A DNA stretch of 64,000 bases. Source: Octopus sinensis (taxonomy: Eukaryota). The notes under the pieces are model-generated. The model worked only from the letters and a program-made list of their open reading frames with translations, searched no databases and had not been told where the DNA came from. Location: NCBI RefSeq assembly GCF_006345805.1, contig NC_043005.1:12586001-12650000 (forward strand), read 5' to 3'. Position numbers and translations under genes: made by a program. Below, in pieces: positions 52,238 to 64,000 of the stretch; the first letter of the stretch is position 1, and every line of letters begins with the position of its first letter.

Positions 52238-53040
52238 CGTATATATATTATATATTTATATACCTATATATACATATATATATATATATATGTACATACA
52301 TATATACATACCTATATATACATATATATATACATACATGATGGCTGCCCCCTCGTTATCGAATATGGCCATTGCACGAAGCTTAACTGTTCTTGATGCT
52401 GTGATCGAATGTGACTTTTATTTGCTTTTTAAGGCTACAGCCAGCCATTCAGTTGAGACTCACAGCACCATCAACAATCATGAACAATGTTGTTATCGTG
52501 CAATGCCTGTGCAAGAAGATTTTTTAAAGTGAGGAAAGGCTGTGCACTGAGTCAATCCCACTCACTAAGCAACAGCAGCCGAAAAGAAGAACAAGTCAAC
52601 ATCATCGGTAACCACTGAGCCGCAGGTTTTATGTCGGAGTTATCCCAGTTACCTGAGTTACCTTCTCCTAGAAGGATGCCCTAACAAAGGCTAGGAGTCC
52701 TTCACTCCCAATGGTTTAACCGCGCGATCGGGTATTCAGTCCGGTTATTTCTATGTCCCCGCGCATGATACAGCCTTAACTCTTAAGAGAAAAAGAAAAT
52801 ACACATTTATTGGATAGCCGTTGACTCTCAAGAGTTCCTCCGCCCTTTGACGGGCTTTGTTTTTCATCCCGCAGGGTGTCCAATAATCACCCTCCTCACC
52901 AAGCAAGCTTGGTGGGGTTGCAGGTTTAGTCACCGACAGCCCCACCATGAAACAGGTTGTACTGGGTTACATGTTATCATTAGCACTCGAAAGTGACCTG
53001 ACATACATATATATATACATACATACATATACATATATAT

Positions 53041-53072
<32 letters not shown>

Positions 53073-53073
53073 C

Positions 53074-53117
<44 letters not shown>

Positions 53118-54674
53118 CAACTTATAAATAAGGGCAAATGAAAAAATTTCTAATGCCAAATATGCCGAAACTAGACACATTGTCCTTAACCATATAATTT
53201 ATCACAATAAGCACGGTACTCGAAAAAGGTCGACAGAAATTTCTAAAAAGTTCCGTTATTACCATATCGGATCGATTTCAGATTTAATTCATAAGAACTC
53301 TCCCTTCGTCAGTGATAAATGCGGCAAAGAAAAATAATATATATATATATTTGTGGTAACGACAGGTGATACTTCGTGTCATGCACGGGAAATCTGTCGA
53401 TTGAATTCTATATTATTCTCCAATTTGTATTTAACAGGGTATATATCATGTTCATGCTCACAGTCTTAGCATCTTTTCAGCCGGTGCGAATATTTAGACG
53501 TGTCCTTTTGGGCTTGTAGGTAGACAGGTATGTATCAGTAGTTTAGTTAATATTTGATTTTACTTGATTTAATCCCTTGCTTTGAGAATGTAAAGATCAA
53601 GGTGTAACAACTTGGTCCAGTATCTGAAGTTTACAGCTTCTGAACATCAAAGCACAAATTAAACAAGTTTCTATACTAACAACATCAAGACATGTCCTAC
53701 TAATAACCCCCACCTTCCAAATAAAAACGGAAAATATATTATATAACAACAAGTAAGGAAACTGACCTGATTTAATATATCACCGACTTTCTTTCTTTTG
53801 TGAATCCCTAAAATATACCATTACAAAAATGTTAAGAATAGTGAATTTGTATTCTACAAATGTATAGAGTATCCAATCAGATCAATGTAAAATTGTTTCT
53901 AATATAACGGATAATAAAAATAAACATTAGCATATATATGTATATAGATATATTACATATAGAAAAATACAGAAAAATACAAACTGGGACAAGAACGTAA
54001 AACATTTAGAAGACGATACAAAAAACACGGACGGGACATTCGAAGCCTTCAATTTTCAGTCAAGAACCGGATCATCCTAGCAATTTCGGCTGATTAATCT
54101 GTGAGATCGCTCCGATCCGGCCAGCCCCAAGGAAAAACTAAGCTACGAGCATTAGATTTCTTTGAAGAAGGATCGAATGTATACGAAACAGGGACAGAAA
54201 AACGGACGATGTCACACGAATATAAAATACAAAAAACAATAATGGTAAAAACAGGACAAAAACAGCGGGTGTCTTACGACTAATAAACAGTACAACAAGT
54301 TTAGCTGGCGTATTTTGAAAAAATGCCTTTATATACGTATATGTATGTATATATTCATACACGTATGTATATATGTTGTATGTATATATGTATGTATGTG
54401 TGTATGGATGTATGTGTGCATGAATGTATGTATGTATGTATGTATGTATGTATGTGAGAGAGATTAAAATAATCACAAGTATATATTAATTCCTACATAC
54501 GTTTCTCTGTAACGGTTGCTACAAACCCTCCTTTGGGCAATTTAACTGCATGTGGAACTAATGATATAAGCTTGTGTTAATCTTGATCTGCATTTCATAA
54601 CTAATAATACTCCTTAGTAGAGGACTTACTTAACTACTCTACTGATAGCAAATCAGAGTATTATGATGTATTAA

Positions 54675-54870
54675 CGCGCTAAGCTGGCAGAATTGTTAGC
54701 ATGCCGGACAAATTGCTTAACGTCATTTCGTCCGTTTGAGTTCAAATTCCGCCGAGGTCGACTTTACATTTCATCCTTTCGGGGTCTGTAAAATAAATAT
54801 CTTCGAGAACTGTGTTGTAATCAACTTAGCTACTCGTCCGAAATTGCTGGCCTTGTGCAAAAATTTGAAA
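54675..54870 (+). mobile_element. SINE family A, diverged tail
   Basis: AGCTGGCAGAATTGTTAGC...GAGTTCAAATTCCGCCGAGGTCGACTTT. Confidence 0.82.
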
Positions 54871-55489
54871 TCAATATTATATGTGGAGTTCTTAATGTAG
54901 TAGTAGCTCTCATACATCTATTAATGCACTTCAAATATACCACATGAGTGGGTGCGCATGTATCTGAGTGTGCATGTGTTTCTTTGTGTGTGTGTGTGTG
55001 TGTGTGTGTCTGTGTGTGCGTGTGTGTGTGTAAGTGCTTGTGTGTGTGCGCGTGTGCTCGTATATATATGTACATATATGCGTTTGAGGCGTTAGTGTAG
55101 TTTTACACATGTGCGTGTGTTCATATTTGTAACGTAATTCTCTGAAGTCACCGCTAGCTCAATTCACTTCTCACCAGACACACACATGTATGCACTCTAC
55201 CACAGTAAAATCTACCATTGAACCCTAGACAAAGGACCTGATACTACACACCTATCACAATACAAACTGCGCCATTCGCTACTCTATGTCCCTGATGACA
55301 TGAACTTCAAATGAAAAATACACCTGCCAAAACGCTACTTTAAATCCCATTTGAAATGCCTTCTTAAATAACAGAATTTTTCATCCATGTGAATGTAGCC
55401 AAATTACCATTCTTAAATACAAATCACATTTATCTGCATTTATATCTTCTACAGCCAAAGAACTCTGTCCAAACTTAGATGTAGATGAT

Positions 55490-55523
<34 letters not shown>

Positions 55524-56006
55524 ACACGCACATACACATACACATGCACATACCACTTCCATGTACATGTCAACTCAAACACTCACAAACACACGTGCAC
55601 TTGTCCATACATATACACTCCCCCTACAGAGAAATATACACACGAAATTTCACTCACATGCACTACCTTTATGAAGATATAAAAATACAAAAATAAACCC
55701 AGACAGTCCCCACCGTCGAGAAACCCATATGCTCGACATTATGTGGCAAACAGTTGAAAGCCAAATACAGCTCTTATAAATACAATATTTATCTCTTACT
55801 CTTTCACTTGTCTGTGTATAATCGCTCCAGGGTGAAACAGATGGCCAATGTAAGACATTGAATTTTTCCATTCTTACAATTAAATACATATGTATTGTTT
55901 ACTCTCTTCAAGGTAATATCCGCTGTTATACGTAATATGTCGAAATAACTTGTGTGTGTGTGTGTGTATATATATATATCTTGAAGTCTAAACAAGCATT
56001 GATATT

Positions 56007-56406
56007 CTTTTTACTACTCTAGGCACAAGCCGCGAAATTTTGGGGGAGGGAGCTAGTCGATTATATCAACCCCAGTACGCAACTGATACTTAATTTATCA
56101 ACCCCGAATGGATGAAAGGCAAGGTCGACGTCGGCTGAATTCAAACTCAAATCGGGAAGACAGACAAAATACCTATTACTTTACTACCCACAAGGGACTA
56201 AACACAGAGAGGACAAACAAGGACGGACAAATAGATTAAGTTGATTATATCGACCCCAGTGCGTAACTGGTACTTATTTAATCGACCCCGAAAGGATGAA
56301 AGGCAAAGTCGACCTCGGCGGAATTTAAACTCAAACCGCGAAGACAGACGAAATACCGCTAAGCATTTCGCCCGGCGTGCTAGCGATTCTACCAGCTCGC
56401 CACCTT
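56007..56406 (-). mobile_element. SINE family A dimer (A1 then A2) inside one TSD
   Basis: Junction at 56173/4. TSD ACAAGCATTGATATT (55992-56006) / ACAAGTATTGATATT (56407-56421). Confidence 0.92.
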
Positions 56407-56581
56407 ACAAGTATTGATATTATGAATGCATTTTATACGTACGTTTCAGATAGTTATACAATAAATAAAAAGGCTATCTCATGTCGTTCCCCGAATCTTC
56501 CTCAGTTCAGACGTATAAAAATACGAAATTGAATGAGTTCGCCCTACATATATGTTACAGCAGTCTAAGTTAACTACAACA

Positions 56582-56616
<35 letters not shown>

Positions 56617-57014
56617 GTGTATGTGTTTGTGTGTTTATATATTTTATATGTGTATGTATACATCTTACATCTATAAATACATATATGTGTATACTTAGGT
56701 GTGTGTGTGCACATAAGTATGTATGTGTGTGTGTGTGTTTATATACGAGGATAATAGACGTATATTAATGTCGCTGTGAACAAACCAGATGTGCTTTGTC
56801 ATTTACGAGATAAGGCTTTTGTCACTTCTCACTTAGATATATTGATACGAATATATCTGATAGAAAACGCTGGAATTAAAATAACATCATAGAAGCAGAA
56901 AGAAAGAAAAGCTGAATGCGAATGCGACATAAGTAAGAAGGTGGAAATTGCGATTATTCATTTGATTTACTCAAAGTTTCTGTCTGAGTGTTATGACTTT
57001 AATCTTTTATAACT

Positions 57015-57285
57015 TTTATCTCTTAGTTGTTTCAGTGATTAGACCGCAGCCATGCTGAGGCACCGGCTTCGAGAGTTCTTAATGCTTCTTTTAATTGTTT
57101 GAAGTTTTGTGCTTATCTTATCGATCTCTTCTGCCAAGCATCAATTTTGCAGGGACGTAAACACACCAATACCTGTGTCAAACGACGGTGAAGCACAGAT
57201 GAACAGACACAGAAACAAAGACACATATGCACACACATACAGAAATATACGAGCATACACGAATACACATATGTATATATACCTA
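57015..57285 (-). mobile_element. Family B SINE 3' half
   Basis: GTTGTTTCAGTGATTAGACCGCAGCCATGCTG...GGGACGTAAACACACC. Confidence 0.75.
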
Positions 57286-57287
57286 TA

Positions 57288-57510
57288 CAGTAATCTCTCG
57301 CCATATCGCGGTTCAACTATCGCGGTTTATTATTTAAACTTACTTCGATCCTCCGTAGTGTTGATTTCCATTTATAATAAAATAAATATATACAGCTTAT
57401 AAAAATATTTTTTTTTAAATATGCAGTACAGTACTGTTTCTACTTCACGAATTTTCACCTATCACGGAGAATTTTAGAACGAAACACCCGCGATAGTCAA
57501 GGGATTACTG
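57288..57510. mobile_element. pogo/Tigger-type MITE
   Basis: TA-CAGTAATCTCTCG ... CAAGGGATTACTG-TA; same family as 8155-8498. Confidence 0.88.
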
Positions 57511-57623
57511 TATATATATATATGCATGCATGTATGTATGATGTATGTATGTATGTATGTATGTATGTATGTATACATGTATGTATGTATGTATGTATGT
57601 ATGTATGTATGTATGTATGTATG

Positions 57624-58295
57624 TAGTAAAATCTATTTGCCAACGTAGGTTAGCAGTCCTGCGTAGGAACATGTTACTACCTTTTAACCCAAGGAAACAT
57701 CTTTTCAAGCTAATTATCGTCACACGACCTGTGTCTGAGATATACTGTGAGTGGGGGATCCTACTACTCCTTCATAGCAACTAGCAATGGTTTCTGGGCA
57801 ATCTCCCATTCTAGGTACTTCACAACCGCCGGCTAGAGAGAGCAGCTTACTCGACCCTACTCACAGTATGTAAATATAGAAATGACAGACAGTCACGGAT
57901 CTCGTATTGAGTAAAACATTTAGTTTTAAATATCTGAATGAGATCTAAGTAGTAACTATACGTAAGATGTCAGTCCTGCATAGGAGCATTTACCACCTTT
58001 TAACTCAAGGAAAACATAATTTCCAGGTGGTTATCATCACACGACCTGGGTCGAATAAGCTGCTTTTGCTTGCCAGCAAATGTCCAGCAACAAAGATGAG
58101 AAATTACCTAGAAAATATTGGTCTGTTCGTGCTGCTAGTTGCTAAGAGGGAGTAGTACGATCCCTTGCTCACAGTAAGTGACAGGGACAGTTTGTGTATC
58201 GATAACCAGCTGGAAAAATTGTTTTCCTGGGGTTAAATGGTAGTAGCATGGTTCTACATAGGATACCATCTCACGTTGGCAAATAGGTTTTGCTA
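57624..58295. mobile_element. Non-coding element with about 165-bp diverged TIRs and a third internal partial copy
   Basis: 57624-57786 matches the reverse complement of 58133-58295 (ATTTGCCAACGT...TAGCAACTAGCA); direct partial copy at about 57968-58050. Confidence 0.75.
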
Positions 58296-58589
58296 TGCAG
58301 TATAGTTACAACTAAGTTCTTATTCCGAGATTTAAAACAGGCTGTTTTACTCATCATGTATATATATATATATATATATAGGTTATGAGAGGTAACGGTG
58401 TCAAGAAGACCCAAAGGTGTCAGGTAATGCTGAGTAAGTGCTATGGACAGACTATATTTAAGCTCCAGTTTCGGTGATTATGTGACTGAGGAGTCCAATG
58501 TAGGTCATATACGCATGCTGTATATGACCTATATATATAATATATATATATATAAATATATATATATATTTATGTGAGTGTGTGTGTAT

Positions 58590-58818
58590 GTATATCTATG
58601 GGGGTGTCTTATATCTGTGTTTGCCTCCCCACCGTCACCGTTTGACAACCGGTGCTGGTGTGTTTACGTTCCCGAATCTTAACGATTTGTCAGAATATAG
58701 AATAAGTGCTAGGCTTAAAAAATGACTCACAGGGTCGATCTTTTCGACTAAAACCCTTCAAAACGGAGCTTAATCATGGCCGCAGTCATTTGACTGAAAC
58801 AAGTAAAAGAATAAAAGA
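58590..58818 (+). mobile_element. Family B SINE 3' half
   Basis: TTGACAACCGGTGCTGGTGTGTTTACG...GGCCGCAGTCATTTGACTGAAACAAGTAAAAG. Confidence 0.82.
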
Positions 58819-58864
58819 AGATGTGTGCTTATGTGTGTGTGTGTATGTGTGGGTGTGTGTGTGT

Positions 58865-58902
<38 letters not shown>

Positions 58903-59204
58903 ATGTGTGTGTGTGTGTGTGTGTGCGTGTGAGTGCGTGTGTGTATGTGAGCGTGTAGTGACAGAGGTGGGAATAAAAGAGAGATGTAATGAGGCAAAAC
59001 GAAAGGAGCAAAGTATTAGAAAATTGGATATTTGGGCTTACATACTGAGTTCGAATCACAATGTAGTCGATTGTGCTTCTCATTTACCTGTGGATCATTT
59101 CGTCAAATAAGGACTGTGATCAAGAAAGTTAAATCTTCAGCCGACAACCCGCCGCCATACCACTGATTTATTGAGGTTGTGCGTAAACGGAATTCCGATG
59201 GAAT

Positions 59205-59505
59205 TATGACGACAAAAGTTCCAGTTAATACAATCAGCTGAACAGCCTGCTCGTCAAATCAACGTGAAAGTGGCTGGGTACTCCACAGACACGGTTACGC
59301 TTAACGTAGTTATCGAGGAGATTCAGCGTGGCACAGAGTGTAACAAGGCTGACCCTTTGAAATACAGATACTACTCAGTTTTGCCAGATGAGTGCACTGC
59401 AGCAACGTGAAATAAAGTGTCTTGTTCAAGGACACAACGCGTCGTCGGGAATTGAACTCACGACCTTACGATAGTGAGGCGAATGCTCCTAACCACTAAG
59501 CCACT
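59205..59505 (-). mobile_element. tRNA SINE family D, second copy
   Basis: Homologous to 29453-29763. Confidence 0.88.
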
Positions 59506-60022
59506 TGCAGTTGCTGAATTTGTTCGTATATGTGGAAATCAATATCCACATGCGTATACAGCAGTTGCTATATCAAGTCAACAAGAGAACAATCATTAGA
59601 AAGATATAAGTTACGAAAAACTTGATTGGAATATTAACTAAATCTAATGAGCAATTATTCTGCCAATCACAGTTTAGTATGCATTGTAATTTACTGTTTT
59701 CGTGTAACGTTTTTAGTGTTAAATTAAATAGCATTAGCGAAAAAATCTACAATAACAACATCGACAACATCATCGTCAAAAATAGTATCAACATCATCAT
59801 CAATTTCGATATCGTTATCATCATCATCATCAGCCTCAACGATTTGATGTGCCACCTCATATCATTACCACCTGCGAGTGCAGCATCACCTAGAATTGAA
59901 ATAACAACAGTGTCATTATAAATTTCATCAATATCTGTAAAAAGTACAAAAACATCAACAATAAAAACAACTGCTGCAATATTGATAACAATAGCAACAA
60001 CTACAACAGCATTATCAACAGT

Positions 60023-60292
60023 AGGAGTGGCTGTGTGGTATGTAGCTTGCTTACCAACCACATGGTTCCGAGTTCAGTCCCACTGCGTGACACCTTGGGC
60101 AAGTGTCTTCTACTATAGCCTCGGGCCGACCAAAGCCTTCTGAGTGGATTTGGTAGACGGAAACTGAAAGAAGTCCGTCGTATATATGTATATATATATA
60201 TATCACCAGGTGGTGCTATTAAGTTAGACATGGCCTGGGCCAATAATGGCCGAAACCTATCAAAGTATCAAAGTATATATATATATATATAT

Positions 60293-60357
<65 letters not shown>

Positions 60358-60580
60358 TGTATGTGTTTGTGTGTCTGTGTTTGTCCCCCCAACATCGCTT
60401 GACATCTGATGCTGGTGTGTTTAACGTCCCCGTAACTTAGCGGTTCGGCAAAAGAGACCGATAGAATAAGTACTAGGCTTACAAAGAATAAGTCCTGGGG
60501 TCGATTTGCTCGACTAAAAGGTTGTGCTCCAGCATGGCCACAGTCAAATTACTGAAACAAGTAAAAGAGTAAAAAAAGAG
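60023..60580 (+). mobile_element. Family B SINE with a 75-bp foreign insert in its central (TA)n
   Basis: 5' half 60023-60195, insert about 60202-60275, 3' half 60340-60580. Confidence 0.9.
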
Positions 60581-60659
60581 AGAGTATTGATATTTTCAAC
60601 ATCAACAAGCAACATCAGCATCATGATTAACATCTACGTAGCTAACGCTACATTATTAA

Positions 60660-61690
60660 CAAAGTATCTTACTTGAAATAGTTCTCCAAGCTAAAACAGA
60701 GGACATTGAGAGCAACTATCCGTGGGAATTACAAGACATTGATTACCCAGTTGTTGTAATAGATAAAAAATCCCAAACGTGAAAGCAAAATTTAGAATCG
60801 AGAAATCTGAAACGAAATATAAGAAAGCCTAAAGTTTTAGCAAGTAGGATAGAAAGCAGGTCTCAGCTAACATCGGAGAAATGGCCGTTTGTAGTGTGCT
60901 GGAAATAAGTACACAACGGCTCCAAACGGTCAGGATGGCGTGACGTATGATTGCACAAGAGATGTACTAAGATCAGACGCAGAATGAGAATAAACAAAGT
61001 GTATGCATTGGGCAGATGTACAATACTAGGAAACAATGGAAAATACTTTCCTGCCAATGCATAGAAGACACCTCGTGAAATAGTTGATATTTTCTATAAT
61101 CTACACCATCCAGTCAGCTGTGAAAAGACTGCTCTAAAATCAAAGAAACCATAGTAAGTATAGTGTGGATAAAGTTTAAATAGATATTACTACCGCTGTT
61201 GCCAACAAGCGGGTGGTTAACTCTTCGAACGGAGAATAAAATTTTATGTCCCTTGTGTACGAAATACGATGCTTTGTGCCAGTGAAATGTTGACATTGGA
61301 TGCAGAGGGTGTCAAAAATCAAGAGAAAAAATAAGCAATTTTGCAGGATGTTTAATGTTAGTATGAAAGAAAGATTGGATACGTATAAGATGACAGAAAA
61401 AATCCGGTATAAGAGAAATCAGAGTTATAGTGCAAGAGAGAGTGATGAGTACGTGTGGCTGTGTAATAACATAATAGAAGTAAAATAATAGAAGTAAACA
61501 ACCAGGTGGAAAGAGAATAGTGGAAGAGGACGATCGAGAAAAACCTCGAACAAAGATGATGAAGGCTGATCTCAAGAAGTTGAATTTGATAAAGGAGATG
61601 AAAAATAAAAACCAGAAAGGGCGAGACACTCTTCTGGAGAGGAATCCGCCCAACAGAAGCAAGAATGGAAAAGCGGATGTAAACATATAA
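60660..61690 (+). mobile_element. Heavily decayed RTE-type LINE (RT C-terminal half to 3' end)
   Basis: SILLEIVLQAKTEDI..PWELQDIDY (cf. PWELLYADD), KPKVLASR..EKWP..VC.K..LHKRCT...GRCT (Cys-rich insert), RMFNVSMKER, GRGRSRKT, MMKADLKKLNL, then a (TGG)n tract. Confidence 0.7.
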
Positions 61691-63659
61691 TGGTGGTGGT
61701 GGTGGTGGTGGTGGTGGCGGCGGCGGCGGTGATGGAGGTGGTGGTGGTGGAGGTGGTGGTGGTGGTGTAGGTGGTGGTGGTGGTGGTGGTGGTGGTGGTG
61801 GTGGTTGTGATCGTGATCGTGTTGATGATTGCTGAGCAGTATTGTATTAATTCCCTCATTCAAAGTCTTTATTCACTGTTTTCTTGCCGCGTGTACTCAT
61901 AGTTCACACCGTCTGGACCTTATGGGGTCCTCATGCACTCATTTCAAGCACATTGTCTACAACTATTTCCTTGCTGGGAACCGAGGTCTGTTTTCTGTCC
62001 CACTTTCTAAAACTGATGATGATGATGATGATGATGGCAACGACGACGACGCCGATGATGATGATAATGATGATGATGATGATAATGATGATGATGATGA
62101 TAATAGCAATGATGCTGGTGATAATGTCCACTAGAATATCGCCATCATTTGGGTAAAAACTGGCAAAATTTCAGACAGACAACAGCTGTCAAGTGCTACA
62201 TAACAAGATGGCTTGGTCACAGGCGGGTTGATTTTCATAATAACAACTCAAAACAAATCAATCTATATTGAAATACAGAATACTACAGAACCAACAAAGA
62301 AATTTTCCTTAGACACTTGAGCTGCTCGAAATAGTAGCCAAATTTCAGTCAAGAATATGTAATCTTAGACGCAGTGTAACTGAATACGCACCAATAATAT
62401 TTATTGATAATTACCATACGATTCAACGCGATATTAACTTTGCAATTTTATCTGATGTCAGCTTATGACAGACGTTGTTTTATGTTGAATATGACTGCAT
62501 ATGTATACCTATGTGTTCGCGCGTTTATAAGATTTGGTTATGCATATTATTTGCATTGCTATATATGTACATATATATATATGTATATATATATATATCA
62601 CTCACTTCTTATGCACACATACCCATACGTGTGTTGCATGTGTTCAGTGTGTGAGTCTATACGCAAACACACTCACTTAGAAAACTTAGATTAATTGAGA
62701 TATGTTTCGGATTTTATTGGGTATGACTAACTGTATTGCAACACGTAATAAAGTTCTTCCAGTGTGATTAGATTGTGCTTTGTGTCACCATATCTTACAC
62801 AACTACGAACTGCTGTTGGCCGAAACGCATCTGTTTATAGCTGTTTTGTCTAGTATACCCCGCGAGGATTTTGTCAAGGTACAGTTTGCAGGTTGTGGGG
62901 GTCTTTTTCTTTTTTGGTTAGATGTGGTATAAATTTTTTTAAATGCCAACTATGATTGAGGTCAGATAGTAATATCTATTTCTTTACTACCCACAAGGTG
63001 CTATAGTACCCACAAGGGTCAAATAGTAATATCATGCCTTTGATTGCTGTGAGAATGATTTTCTTAAAGGTGTATGGCATTAGTTGATTTTTAAAGTTGA
63101 TGTTAAGATCGTTTGAATAAAGCTGTTGGCATGTTTTCCCCCATTTTTTGGATTTGTAGCTCTTACAATAACATTGAAAGGAAAAGTTTTTGTGTTTTGA
63201 AGTGATCCCAGTTATCAAGGGTTGCCATGCGGCAATTCGTAGCTGGTCTTCTTAGGGCCAAGCTGATATATTGTTCATGAAAATGGCATGAGTTGATGGT
63301 ACCTCTCTCAGTGTAAACCCGTAACTTAGAGAGAAGTAATTGGTGAGGGCACTTGGTGTTCAGGGAAACCTCGGACAGTGTGGTTTGTCGATTATCCCTT
63401 GAGGTCCCTGTGTATCAGGAGGGCTACATCTCTATCATCTTCTTCATCTCTATCATCCTTCCCATCTCTATCATCCTTTTTCTAGCCTCTGTATGCTATC
63501 TATATATCCCGTCTTTTTCAGTGTATACCGTGTATACTTATCTTTTTCTTATTATTTCTATCATAAACCCAAACAATTTTTATTGTTCCCTTCATCCTCC
63601 GCCCCGGTGACAAATAAATGGAAACAATATCATTGTTATCACTAATGATAATAATAATT

Positions 63660-63726
63660 ATTATTAATAATTATAATTATAATTATAATTATAATTACTA
63701 TAATAATAATAATAATAATAATAATA

Positions 63727-63774
<48 letters not shown>

Positions 63775-63834
63775 GTTATTATTGTTGTTGTTGTTGTTGT
63801 TGTTATTATTATTATTATTATTTATTATTTATTA
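63660..63834. repeat. (TAA)n/(TTA)n/(TTG)n microsatellite
   Basis: Read directly from the sequence. Confidence 0.95.
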
Positions 63835-64000
63835 CCTTTGCAAAGCTTCTAACGCTGGAGATGTACTACAGTGTCAGCTGTTCACTACCTGTGAACTAAG
63901 GTAACACCTCTTATTTTTCGAGCACCTTCCGGAGTATACGTCCGGTTCCAAGCAGTGTTGTTTTCTGCAAGTTCTCCACCTTTATTGCAGCCCCGATTTG
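63835..64000 (-). mobile_element. 3' end of a restriction-like-endonuclease non-LTR retrotransposon (R4/Dong-type), running off the window
   Basis: Open frame 64000-63911 QIGAAIKVENLQKTTLLGTGRILRKVLEK*, resembling the QK..LLGT.RILRKVL C-terminus of R4/Dong/Rex6 proteins. Short 3' UTR abutting (TAA)n. Confidence 0.7.

Noticed and set aside
53960-54290. TA-adjacent repeat-like block with CAGCCGAAATTGC on the minus strand
   Set aside because: It has GAAA after a short stem but no CUGANGA core, and it is single-copy here.
62740-63400. Possible PLE or LINE remnant (ITGITSKHK...; CTGGAAGA...GAAACATATC)
   Set aside because: The similarity is too weak to call by eye and the HHR stems do not close.

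Overview
A very AT-rich, microsatellite-saturated eukaryotic window with no intact host gene that I can support. There is a 100-N assembly gap at 34131-34230. The repeat content looks like a coleoid cephalopod, most likely Octopus; that is an inference from my recollection of the SINE types, not a database result. The window is a mosaic of: (1) more than 30 tRNA-derived SINE copies in 5 modular families, many with clear target-site duplications (TSDs), several as head-to-tail multimers with a fixed junction; (2) decayed non-LTR retrotransposons (three RTE-type pieces, one of them young with an 11-bp TSD, and an R4/Dong-type 3' end next to (TAA)n); (3) a Penelope-like GIY-YIG endonuclease remnant; (4) Tc1/mariner- and pogo-type TA-flanked elements; (5) short non-coding repeats sitting in (TA)n tracts that carry type I hammerhead-ribozyme (HHR) motifs and/or long fold-back arms. 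Group 5 is the most interesting system: it looks like several co-existing non-autonomous Penelope/retrozyme-like families. One complete minimal HHR fold is at 24987-25044 (-) and a second at 26517-26585 (+). Nearly all ORFs in the supplied track are translations of microsatellites or SINEs.
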